A stretch of 55,760 nt of DNA from an uncultured Clostridia bacterium (GTDB taxonomy: Bacteria; Bacillota; Clostridia; TANB77; CAG-508), in NCBI GenBank assembly GCA_944393395.1, contig CALYAB010000002.1:1-55760 (forward strand). Reading direction: 5' to 3'. The position numbers were made by a program, and so were the translations under genes. The stretch's first letter is position 1, and each line of letters opens with the position of its first letter. The notes beneath the pieces were generated by a model, which saw only the letters and a program-made list of their open reading frames with translations, ran no database searches and was not told where the DNA came from. Shown piece by piece: positions 40,585 through 49,418 of the stretch.

Positions 40585-41745
40585 CTATTTAGATTGGTTA
40601 TCAATTAATTCTTTTGCATCTTCAACAACGTCTGTCCCTAATATTTCTTCATTTTCATCTAATAAATTCTTTGCAACTACATCTATTAATTCATCCATTT
40701 GTTCTTCTCTTTGCTTTACTTTTCTTGCCTTATCTTGATTCATCATAGCCTCTATAGCCATTTCATTTGCTTTTATGTTTGCTTTTGCCTCTATTTCTTT
40801 GTTAATTTCTATCATTCTCTTATCTAGTACATTTTTAGCTGTTGCATATAATTCATTTACTCCTGCTTTTATAGCTTTTTCTAAGTCATATACTTCTGAT
40901 TCATCTCTGTTATATGCTACATATAATAATTCTGCTAATTCTTCACTATTCAAAACTTTTCCTGAAACACCACAAACTCCAATTGAACTTATTAACGCCT
41001 GTGCCTTAGTATATAAGTCTGAAAAAGCCATATTTTTTAATTCATCATCACCATATTTTGTAATAGTACTTTCTTCTGGTGTATGTGATATTACTATATA
41101 GTAATGTTTCTTTAATATGTTTTTATTTAAATTCATTTTTTCTGTATTATCTATAATATCTAATCCATATTCATATAAATTTTGTACTTTAACTAATTCA
41201 AACTTAGCTTCATTTAACTCTTTTTGACTATATGTACCTGAATTTAGCATTGTATTATATTCCATTTGCCTTCTAACATAATTGTCTCTTATTTCACTAA
41301 CTTTTGTTTTATATCTATTAATACTACTTCCTAAATTTACAGTTCTAGTTTGTACATATAATTGAATAGGATATCTTAATGTGTTAAGAAATTGCAAAAA
41401 ACCTTGCTCAACACTATTTTTCTCCAAGTTAGACATTAAGTCATAATTTATTCCTTGACATTCAATTACCATGATATATTTTTGGCGAGTCTTTTTTATT
41501 ATCATATTATCTTCTATTTTTTCAAATTCCATAAAGCTAAAAATTGAATTTTTATTATATTCCACTCCATTTTTTATTTGTGTACTGTCTTCTGATGAAT
41601 TTTTTCCTTCATTATATCTTTTTTTCTTATCTTTATTTTTTTCTTTTAAACTTAAAGTAATAAATACTGCTAATAATACAAATAATATTACTAATAAAAT
41701 TGCTAATGCGATTGCAAGAAAGCTACTTATTTGATTCTCGTTCAT
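40585..41745 (-). CDS. TM-anchored protein of unknown function between the VirB3-like and VirB4-like genes
   Basis: 386 aa. N-terminal TM FLAIALAILLVILFVLLAVFITL. GAGGAGGA SD. Overlaps the upstream gene and lies 12 nt from the downstream gene. Confidence 0.4.
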   Translation of the reverse strand: MNENQISSFLAIALAILLVILFVLLAVFITLSLKEKNKDKKKRYNEGKNSSEDSTQIKNGVEYNKNSIFSFMEFEKIEDNMIIKKTRQKYIMVIECQGINYDLMSNLEKNSVEQGFLQFLNTLRYPIQLYVQTRTVNLGSSINRYKTKVSEIRDNYVRRQMEYNTMLNSGTYSQKELNEAKFELVKVQNLYEYGLDIIDNTEKMNLNKNILKKHYYIVISHTPEESTITKYGDDELKNMAFSDLYTKAQALISSIGVCGVSGKVLNSEELAELLYVAYNRDESEVYDLEKAIKAGVNELYATAKNVLDKRMIEINKEIEAKANIKANEMAIEAMMNQDKARKVKQREEQMDELIDVVAKNLLDENEEILGTDVVEDAKELIDNQSK

Positions 41746-42085
41746 CTTTTATTTCCTCCTCTTTCCACATATACACTTTATTCTTTTTTTGCTTGAATTT
41801 TATCCATCTTTTAATAACATCATCTATATTTTCTCCCCCTGTCTTTTTGGCAAATTCAAACTTTTTTGTGTCTGGAATTTTAAATGTTCCTACTACAAAG
41901 CCTATAGCTCCAAAAATAACATCACAAATAATTCCAGCAATCTGCATTCCTAAAGCATCTAATATAAAATAAAATATTAATCCTATCCCCATAGCAACTA
42001 TTGTATAAATTAATGCTTTAGTTGAAAAAATATATAGTATTCTACTTTCTCCTTTATAATTTCTAGGAATTTCATAGGTTTTCAT
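41723..42085 (-). CDS. PrgI/VirB3-like small membrane protein
   Basis: 120 aa. N-terminus MKTYEIPRNYKGESRILYIFSTKALIYTIVAMGIGLIFYFIL and a second TM match the PrgI-family layout. First gene after the internal terminator. Confidence 0.5.
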   Translation of the reverse strand: MKTYEIPRNYKGESRILYIFSTKALIYTIVAMGIGLIFYFILDALGMQIAGIICDVIFGAIGFVVGTFKIPDTKKFEFAKKTGGENIDDVIKRWIKFKQKKNKVYMWKEEEIKDERESNK

Positions 42086-42250
42086 TTGTTTTTCACTCCC
42101 TTACATTTAACTACAATTATATATAATTATAACATAAAATCCGCTTAAAAGTATATATTTTTACAAAAAAAAACAATTTTAATTATATTGTAATTTGTAT
42201 GTAATAGTATTGTAACAGTCACTTCTTAACATAAATAAAAGAAAAGTATT

Positions 42251-42288
42251 AAAAAAAAGAGGTAAAACTTTTAAAAGTCTTTTACCCC
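42251..42288 (-). terminator. rho-independent terminator after the fourth pilin-like gene
   Basis: On the minus strand, GGGGTAAAA...TTTTACCTC stem followed by eight U (forward A-run 42251-42258). Confidence 0.6.
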
Positions 42289-42306
42289 TAATTATTAATG
42301 TTTCAT

Positions 42307-42669
42307 CTATCCTGATAATCCTGATGTGAAGTTGAATACTACTGCTGCTATACTTGATGCTGCAAATACAAATGCTGCACCTATTAAATATGGTAATAAA
42401 GTTTTCTTATACTCAGCTTTTTCTTCTGCACTACCCATCATATATTTCAAACCTAAAACAACTAAAACGATAACTGATGCAATTGATCCAACTGTACTTA
42501 CTATTTGAATTATTTTATTACCTAAACCTTCTATAGAGCCAACATCAGCTCCTCCACCGACATATCCACCAGGGTTAACTCCAGAAGAACCACTTGCTGC
42601 ATTTACAGTTACTGTTAAAATTGTCATTAACATACACATTATTAATAATATTTTTACTGTTTTTTTCAT
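42307..42669 (-). CDS. VirB2/TrbC/CagC-like pilin paralog 4
   Basis: 120 aa. Signal peptide ending VNA-AS, a hydrophobic helix, the loop GLKYMMGSAEEKAEYKKTLLPYLIGAAF, and a second hydrophobic helix. Confidence 0.6.
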   Translation of the reverse strand: MKKTVKILLIMCMLMTILTVTVNAASGSSGVNPGGYVGGGADVGSIEGLGNKIIQIVSTVGSIASVIVLVVLGLKYMMGSAEEKAEYKKTLLPYLIGAAFVFAASSIAAVVFNFTSGLSG

Positions 42670-42745
42670 GGCTTTTTCCTCCTTTTATAATAATATTACT
42701 TATAATTTAAGTATTAGTATATTATCACTATTTATTATAGCACTT

Positions 42746-43099
42746 TTATATATCAATTGCAAATTCATATATAATTTTTGCTATACCTGAAGCGCAAAAT
42801 ATAAATGCTGCTCCTATTAGATATGGTAACATTGAACTTTTATATTCTGCCTTTTCTTCAACACTACCCATCATATACTTTATACCTAAAACAATAATTA
42901 CAATTACAGATAATATTGATCCCACTGTGCTCAATATTTGAACTACTTTATTTCCAGCTGATTGTATATCTCCTGTTCCAGTGGTATCTCCTTTTATGTC
43001 ACTCAGCGACCAAGCGTTAACAACACTTTCCATTGTTACTATCATTGTTATAAAAACAATTATAACTAATACAATCTTTAAAAAATTTATTATTTTCAT
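42746..43099 (-). CDS. VirB2/TrbC/CagC-like pilin paralog 3
   Basis: 117 aa with the same architecture. Loop GIKYMMGSVEEKAEYKSSMLPYLIGAAF. Confidence 0.6.
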   Translation of the reverse strand: MKIINFLKIVLVIIVFITMIVTMESVVNAWSLSDIKGDTTGTGDIQSAGNKVVQILSTVGSILSVIVIIVLGIKYMMGSVEEKAEYKSSMLPYLIGAAFIFCASGIAKIIYEFAIDI

Positions 43100-43112
43100 A
43101 TTTTTTCTCCTA

Positions 43113-43502
43113 TTATTGAATTATATTTACTATAATTTTCCATATAGTAAAAGCTCCAAATACAACTACACATGAAATTACATATGCTGGTAAAGTTTCT
43201 TTTATGTCAGCTTTATCTTCTGTTGTAGAAGTCATATATTTAATACCTAAAACCATTCCCACTATTACAGCTACTACCATACTAATTCCTAGCAATACAT
43301 TATATAAAAAGTCAGATGTATCTTTCAAACTATCGGTGTCAATTGTCTTATCTACATCTTTATCTCCACCACCAGCATCAATGAAATCATCTGCTCCTTC
43401 CATTATTTGATCTAATGATGTCGCTGTTGCACTTACATTGTTTGGATATATAATAATAAGAAATAGGATAAGAATCATTGTGAATATTAATAATTTTTTC
43501 AT
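43113..43502 (-). CDS. VirB2/TrbC/CagC-like pilin paralog 2 (most divergent)
   Basis: 129 aa. Signal peptide ending VSA-TA, acidic variable segment, loop GIKYMTSTTEDKADIKETLPAYVISCVV. Confidence 0.55.
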   Translation of the reverse strand: MKKLLIFTMILILFLIIIYPNNVSATATSLDQIMEGADDFIDAGGGDKDVDKTIDTDSLKDTSDFLYNVLLGISMVVAVIVGMVLGIKYMTSTTEDKADIKETLPAYVISCVVVFGAFTIWKIIVNIIQ

Positions 43503-43525
43503 ATGCCTCTCCTCCTTTTCTTATT

Positions 43526-43885
43526 TTAAAAATCCCCAACCATATTTTGTATAATTCCTAAAATATTAGTTATACCAAAAACTAATACTGCTCCAATAAC
43601 ATATGGTTTTAACGTCTTTTTATATTCAGCTTTATCTTCTACACTGCCCATAATATATTTTATTCCTATAACAATTAATGCACCTACAGAAACTATTGAG
43701 CCTATTACTCTAACTGTTCCTACAATATCATTTGCCATATTTTTAAATTTATTAGCCCCAGTTACTTCTGTTAATGAATCTGGTTTATATTTACTGGTAG
43801 AAATAGCTAATACATTGCTTACTAAAAGAATAATGGCTATATATATTAATAATGCAAAAATTATTTTTTTTCTATGCTTTTTCAT
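43526..43885 (-). CDS. VirB2/TrbC/CagC-like pilin paralog 1
   Basis: Track ORF runs to 43909. The start at ATG 43885 (MKKHRKKIIFALL...) gives a canonical signal peptide. Loop GIKYIMGSVEDKAEYKKTLKPYVIGAVL. Confidence 0.55.
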   Translation of the reverse strand: MKKHRKKIIFALLIYIAIILLVSNVLAISTSKYKPDSLTEVTGANKFKNMANDIVGTVRVIGSIVSVGALIVIGIKYIMGSVEDKAEYKKTLKPYVIGAVLVFGITNILGIIQNMVGDF

Positions 43886-44133
43886 TATACCACCATCCTT
43901 TTTAGACATATTTCTCTATTTAATTATACCTTATTTTTTTTATTTTCGCAATACAATATGTCGATTTTTATATTATTTTATATGAAATATTGTTACTGTT
44001 TAGATTGTATGTTATTTGCTCAATATGTTTCTCAAAGATATATATTATTATTTTTTAAGTAATACACTGAACAATAATGTTACAAATAGTAATGTTAATA
44101 AACAGTTGAATTAAGTATCAACTGCTTATTAAC

Positions 44134-44394
44134 CTATATAAGAACTAATTCTGTCCCATTTTTTATATCATTATCTTTTATAGTTTTATTGATATCATAA
44201 GGTTCTGCTGATAATTTGTCATATAATAATGGCATAGTAGCTGGCCTATAATATCCTCCACTACTTTCATTTATTATTTTAATAAGTAAAAGGATTATTC
44301 TATATACTTTTTTGTTTATTGGAATCCAAAAATCATAATTTTCTTCTAATGCTGGAACATATATACTTACTAATATTTTATTCATCCTCATCAC
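44134..44394 (-). CDS. YukD/EsaB-like ubiquitin-fold T7SS protein
   Basis: About 83-86 aa, overlapping the essC stop. Pattern VSIYVPALEENYDFWIPINKKV...DIKNGTELVLI matches the YukD family layout. The start codon is ambiguous. Confidence 0.6.
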   Translation of the reverse strand: MMRMNKILVSIYVPALEENYDFWIPINKKVYRIILLLIKIINESSGGYYRPATMPLLYDKLSAEPYDINKTIKDNDIKNGTELVLI

Positions 44395-47300
44395 CGTCTT
44401 CTTTCATTTCTAAAAGTTTTATAAATACTGCTATACCATCTTTTATTATATATCCAAAACTACGTCCACAATTATTTTTTAGTTCTCTTCTATTTGAATT
44501 TATATTAATCAAATATTGATTATCAATTCCATTTCCTACCCATATACCGTCTTCTTTTGTTATATAATTCTTATACCATGGTTCAAACTCATGTGATTTT
44601 AATTTGTTTGCATTTTCTACTAATATAAAACTATAATTACCATTTTCTTCTAATTGTTTCATATTTGATTCAAAATTAATTGCAATGTCACTATAATCTG
44701 ATAAGAATTTATCTATACCAATAATTATACACATATTATGTTTTTTGTTATTTTTATCGACCTCAGAAATAAGCTTATTGTACTGTTCTTTTAGATCTAT
44801 TTTTTCTTCTATTAAGGCTTTTTCTGCATCAAATATAATAGTTTCAACATTTTTTAGCTTTTTAAACTCTTCTAAAATGTTTGCTGTAAATTGTACTGCA
44901 TCTTCTGTATTTTTTGAAATAATCAGAGTCACAAATCTTTTTCTAAAATTATATGTGTATACTTTAAGTTTTTTCTCTGTTATTCCTATTGGCACTTTTG
45001 AAATATCTTTTAAAGAACTCTCTACACTTTTGAAAGTTACAATCTCTGGTAAGATTGCTATAGGTTCAGCATTTACAGTTATTTTTTTCTTTAATTCTTG
45101 AATTTTCTCTCTTATGTTTTCTGTATATTTTTCTGGTTCACAGATTTTAGCTGTTTGGAATTCATATATTTCATCTCTATCCATTTCAAGTAGCCCTCTA
45201 CCAAACATGCTTGATGGCCTCTTTTTGCCAACTTTATCAAATATACTATAATAATCATTTTCATCATTTAATTGTAATGCTATTTTCTGTTTAAAATTTT
45301 GTGTTAAACGATATCTCATTGAGTTATATGCATTAGCTGTAACTACAAATACAATTCCACATTTAGTACTTTCTCTTTCTAAAGCCTGAATCATATCTTC
45401 ATAGTCATCTCCATATGTTTCTGAAAATACATCCCAATTGTTTATCACTATTACAATCATCGGCATTTTTTTGTTACTTGTCTTTAGATATAATTCATAA
45501 TCACCATTATATTCTAGCAATTCGTCTTTTCTTTCTCTAATTTTTTCTTGAATCATGTTGAAGAATCTATTTATTTTTTCTGTATCATTTATAAATACAA
45601 CATCACCTACTTGTGGACTTTCTCTATATATTTTTAACGCTTCAGTTCCAAAGTCTAACAAATATAATTGTACTTCTTCACTAGTATGTGTTGTTATTAA
45701 ATCATATACCATTGTACTTAAAAATGTTTCTTTTCCGCTGTCTGCATTTCCATAAATAACTGTATTTCCATTATTAGAAAGGTTTAATGTTACTACACCT
45801 TGGCGTTGATTAAATGGATCATCATATTCACCAACAACTGGCTTTATAATATTTGGCTTAGTTTTTACTTGGTATTTCTTTCTCAAGTCTTTTACAAAAA
45901 TTGTTTCTGGTATATTATCTAACCAAAGTGGATCTGTTTGTATTTCTTGTTGTTTTCCTAATAAATATAAATATCTTACTATATTAGTTAATTGCTCACC
46001 TTTGTCTACCAAAACTTTTTGTACTGTATCATCAACTTGTTTGATTGGCGTTCCTACATCAGATATAAGTTGTATAGAATTGTCAACCTTTTTTTCTATC
46101 ATATCTGAAGGATAATATGAAGCTCCTGACCATCCAGATTGTCCTAATACAAAATATTCGTCATTTCCAACTTGTAAATAAAATTGTCCTGCTGTTTTTA
46201 ATGTTGCAGCATCAGGTCTTTTAATTACATCTGTACTATCTTGCTTATCTTGTACTTTTAAACATACTGCAAATTTACTATTACTACGAATTTGATCATT
46301 TACTACTCCTGCTGGTTTTTGAGTTGCTAATATTAAATGAACTCCTAAACTACGGCCTATTCTTGATACACTCATTAATTCTTCCATAAAGTCTGGTTGT
46401 TGTTGCTTTAATTCTGCAAACTCATCACATATAATTAATAAGTGTGGTATTGGTTTCTCAACAATTCCGTCATGATATAGTTTTTGATATTTATAAATAT
46501 CTATTGTACCACCATCTGTTAGATTTCTAGCTTCATTAAACATTACTTGTCTTCTTCTTAATTCACTTTGTATTGAATCTAGTGATCTTTGAAGTTCATT
46601 TGTATCTATATTTGTAATTGTTCCTACTAAGTGTGGCAGTTTAACATCTCTTTTAGCAAAAGCTCCTGCCAAGCCACCACCTTTATAATCTATTAATATA
46701 AATGTTACATCATCTGGATGATAGTTTATTGCAAGTGATAATATATATGTAATTATAAACTCACTTTTTCCAGATCCTGTGGTTCCTGCAATTAGACCAT
46801 GTGGCCCATGAAATTTTTCATGAATATCTAAATATATAGTCATCCCTGATGTATCTACCCCTATTGGTGCTTTTAACGATAATGTAGGATCATTTCTATT
46901 CCATCTTTCCAATATGTTTAATTGTTCTATACGCCCAACATCATACATTTCTAAGAATGAATAATTTGTTGGTAACATATATCCTCCTGTTTCTGTATAT
47001 TTTATTGGAATATTAGATATTTTTTGACATATCCTTTCAAAGAATATTTTTACTGAATTGTCTAAAGTTATTTGCTTTTGATTTGTTGATGATATCTCGT
47101 TTTCAAATATCATCCCTGTATTATTTTGAATATCTAAGTTAATAAATGTTTTACATTCATTTGGTAATTGTAATAAATCATTTGCTATACACAAAAGACT
47201 AAATCCTACATTTTCTTTTATTTTTAAAATTTCTGTAATTATTTTTAGATTTTCTATTTTTTTATAATTATTAGTAATTATTAAATAATATGGTCTAAAT

Positions 47301-48982
47301 CCTTTATAGTTTTTGTCTTTGTAATTTAATCTATTTTGTAACTCTATTTCTAAATATTTAGAAATATCCTTCATTTCATCATTATCATATGAAAAGAATC
47401 TCATTTGTTTTGTTTTGTCCCATACATGTGGTAATAATTTCACATAGTCCAAATTTTGATTTTCATCTTTATCTAATAAAAATACTAATTTTAAATCTTC
47501 ATAACTATGAAATGCAATTAATTGAACAATTAAACTTCTTAAAAAATTGTCAATATTTTCATTTTTATTTACTATTAATGATGATATGTTTTTTTCTGCA
47601 AGTGATACTGTAATTGGTGCAGATTTAATTATTTTAGATGTATCTGCTATTTCATTCAATATTTCAACAAGATTGTCATCTTCCATCATAAATCTTTCTT
47701 CTGGATATTGAATGTCAATATCTGTTTCTACATCGCCTGTTCCTAATCTAACAGTAAGAAAATCATAATCATCGATTCTTCTTTCCCATAAACGCCCACT
47801 TTTGTTTAATATAAGTTGCGTACATTCTTCAGGTGATAAATTATTTTCATATAATATGCTTTTTTGTTTTAGCATAATTTTATTTATTTTTTCTTTCTTT
47901 TTCAATAAGTATTCTTTATATCTCTTTTGACGTTTTTCCTCGTATTTCTTCTTTTTCCTTTTATTCCATCTATTTGTTAAAATTGGAAAAAGTATTATTG
48001 CTATCATCATTACTAGTGCTGTAATTACTGTTAAAACAGTTTGCTTTGAAGACGACTCTCCACTCATCGATCTATCTATTGCACTATACATAGATACCAG
48101 CATAATAACTCCCATTGACATAGAAGATCCTAATGTTAAAATAAGTGGCATATCTTCTTTATCTTGAGCTTGTGGTGGAGCATCTATTTTTACTTTTTCT
48201 CTTTCTATTACATTTGTTATTCTTGGTGCTCTTGAAAAATATTCATCATCTTTATACATTTCTATGTATCTTTCTTCTTGGTTGTCTGGTTTAGGTCTGT
48301 CGATTTTCCTACTTCCTAATGTAAATATTTCTCCATTATAATATAGATTTTCTTCTGGATTATTAACAAAAATTTTGTCACCCATCAATATAATCTTTAA
48401 TCCCATTATAAAGATTACATCACCATTAAATAACATTTTTCTTGTTTTTTCAGGTACTGCTTTTCCATTAACAAATGTTCCAAAATTTTTGTCGTAATTT
48501 TCTAACATCCAATTATTTTCATATAAATATATTTTTGCATGTACTTTTGCAGTCATCTTATTCCTATACGAAATTGGATTTTTTGCATCTCTTCCTATAA
48601 GGAAAGCTTCTCTCTTTTTTAAATTCAGTTGTACAAGATTTTTTTCAAAACTTGGCAGACAGCAAAGAATAAACAATTCTTTAGAATTATAAAATGTTAC
48701 ACCATACATTTTATACTCTTCTAAAATAATTGTTTTTCCTTTATCTCTATTATCTTGATATACTTTTATTCCATTAGTTTTTTCATCTATCTCTATAAAT
48801 TTTAAGTCTATTATTTTTGTTTGTGGATTATTTACCAGTTGCCATTTTCCATTTTTTCCTTCTACATTGATTAGTTTTCTCTCATTCTTTTTTTTATGGT
48901 CTGTCAACCAGTAATTTCCTTCTACTACCCTTGGCAAAGACAATTTATATAGAGTATTTTTGCCTATTAATGTTAGTTGCAT
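44378..48982 (-). CDS. essC: EssC/YukB type VIIb secretion FtsK/SpoIIIE-family ATPase (FHA N-terminus, 2 TM, three P-loop domains)
   Basis: Long stretches are near-identical in pattern to S. aureus EssC: FLEMYDVG...WNRND, HEKFHGPHGLIAGTTGSGKSEFIITYILSLAINYHPDDVTFILIDYKGGG, ICDEFAELK, RIGRSLGVHLILATQKP, SNSKFAVCLKVQD. Second P-loop is GNADSGKET. SD favours the ATG at 48982. Confidence 0.9.
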   Translation of the reverse strand: MQLTLIGKNTLYKLSLPRVVEGNYWLTDHKKKNERKLINVEGKNGKWQLVNNPQTKIIDLKFIEIDEKTNGIKVYQDNRDKGKTIILEEYKMYGVTFYNSKELFILCCLPSFEKNLVQLNLKKREAFLIGRDAKNPISYRNKMTAKVHAKIYLYENNWMLENYDKNFGTFVNGKAVPEKTRKMLFNGDVIFIMGLKIILMGDKIFVNNPEENLYYNGEIFTLGSRKIDRPKPDNQEERYIEMYKDDEYFSRAPRITNVIEREKVKIDAPPQAQDKEDMPLILTLGSSMSMGVIMLVSMYSAIDRSMSGESSSKQTVLTVITALVMMIAIILFPILTNRWNKRKKKKYEEKRQKRYKEYLLKKKEKINKIMLKQKSILYENNLSPEECTQLILNKSGRLWERRIDDYDFLTVRLGTGDVETDIDIQYPEERFMMEDDNLVEILNEIADTSKIIKSAPITVSLAEKNISSLIVNKNENIDNFLRSLIVQLIAFHSYEDLKLVFLLDKDENQNLDYVKLLPHVWDKTKQMRFFSYDNDEMKDISKYLEIELQNRLNYKDKNYKGFRPYYLIITNNYKKIENLKIITEILKIKENVGFSLLCIANDLLQLPNECKTFINLDIQNNTGMIFENEISSTNQKQITLDNSVKIFFERICQKISNIPIKYTETGGYMLPTNYSFLEMYDVGRIEQLNILERWNRNDPTLSLKAPIGVDTSGMTIYLDIHEKFHGPHGLIAGTTGSGKSEFIITYILSLAINYHPDDVTFILIDYKGGGLAGAFAKRDVKLPHLVGTITNIDTNELQRSLDSIQSELRRRQVMFNEARNLTDGGTIDIYKYQKLYHDGIVEKPIPHLLIICDEFAELKQQQPDFMEELMSVSRIGRSLGVHLILATQKPAGVVNDQIRSNSKFAVCLKVQDKQDSTDVIKRPDAATLKTAGQFYLQVGNDEYFVLGQSGWSGASYYPSDMIEKKVDNSIQLISDVGTPIKQVDDTVQKVLVDKGEQLTNIVRYLYLLGKQQEIQTDPLWLDNIPETIFVKDLRKKYQVKTKPNIIKPVVGEYDDPFNQRQGVVTLNLSNNGNTVIYGNADSGKETFLSTMVYDLITTHTSEEVQLYLLDFGTEALKIYRESPQVGDVVFINDTEKINRFFNMIQEKIRERKDELLEYNGDYELYLKTSNKKMPMIVIVINNWDVFSETYGDDYEDMIQALERESTKCGIVFVVTANAYNSMRYRLTQNFKQKIALQLNDENDYYSIFDKVGKKRPSSMFGRGLLEMDRDEIYEFQTAKICEPEKYTENIREKIQELKKKITVNAEPIAILPEIVTFKSVESSLKDISKVPIGITEKKLKVYTYNFRKRFVTLIISKNTEDAVQFTANILEEFKKLKNVETIIFDAEKALIEEKIDLKEQYNKLISEVDKNNKKHNMCIIIGIDKFLSDYSDIAINFESNMKQLEENGNYSFILVENANKLKSHEFEPWYKNYITKEDGIWVGNGIDNQYLININSNRRELKNNCGRSFGYIIKDGIAVFIKLLEMKEDGDEDE

Positions 48983-49041
48983 TAACATCACCTTTTCTTC
49001 TGCGCTTTATATACTTTTTATCTCTTTAGTAGATTCTCGGT

Positions 49042-49362
49042 TTATTCATGAGCTAGTTTTAATCTCTCTTGACTTTTGTATAATTGACCTAATCTTAAAC
49101 TTAAAACCTTAACTTCTGAATTATTTATATAATCTATGTCTAACATAGCTTCAGAAACAGATTTTTTAGCTTCTATCTCGTCTATAAAATCTACTTTGTT
49201 TAATAATTTTACTAATTCATCTTTTGTCTTTTGTATATCTATATCTAAATCTGAATTAATCTTTCCTTGTATTAGTTTTTGTTTAGCTATTTCGAATATT
49301 TTTGATGAAAGTTCATTAATCTCCTGTAAGTTCTTACTTTCTTCTTTTTTTTCACTTACCAT
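49042..49362 (-). CDS. small all-helical protein (candidate T7 chaperone/adaptor or small substrate)
   Basis: 106-aa ORF, GGTGA SD, predicted coiled coil, directly upstream of essC. Confidence 0.35.
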   Translation of the reverse strand: MVSEKKEESKNLQEINELSSKIFEIAKQKLIQGKINSDLDIDIQKTKDELVKLLNKVDFIDEIEAKKSVSEAMLDIDYINNSEVKVLSLRLGQLYKSQERLKLAHE

Positions 49363-49418
49363 ATATATTTCACCTACTTATTTATCATCTATTCAGATAT
49401 ATTTGTATCTTTATTTGG

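Noticed and set aside
44378-48991. The FtsK/SpoIIIE-family ATPase as a TcpA/ConQ-like conjugative coupling protein, which would make the locus a plain ICE.
   Set aside because: Its size (about 1530 aa), the N-terminal FHA-type region, three P-loop domains, extensive motif identity to S. aureus EssC and the overlapping YukD-like gene identify it as EssC. A DNA-translocation role cannot be excluded experimentally.
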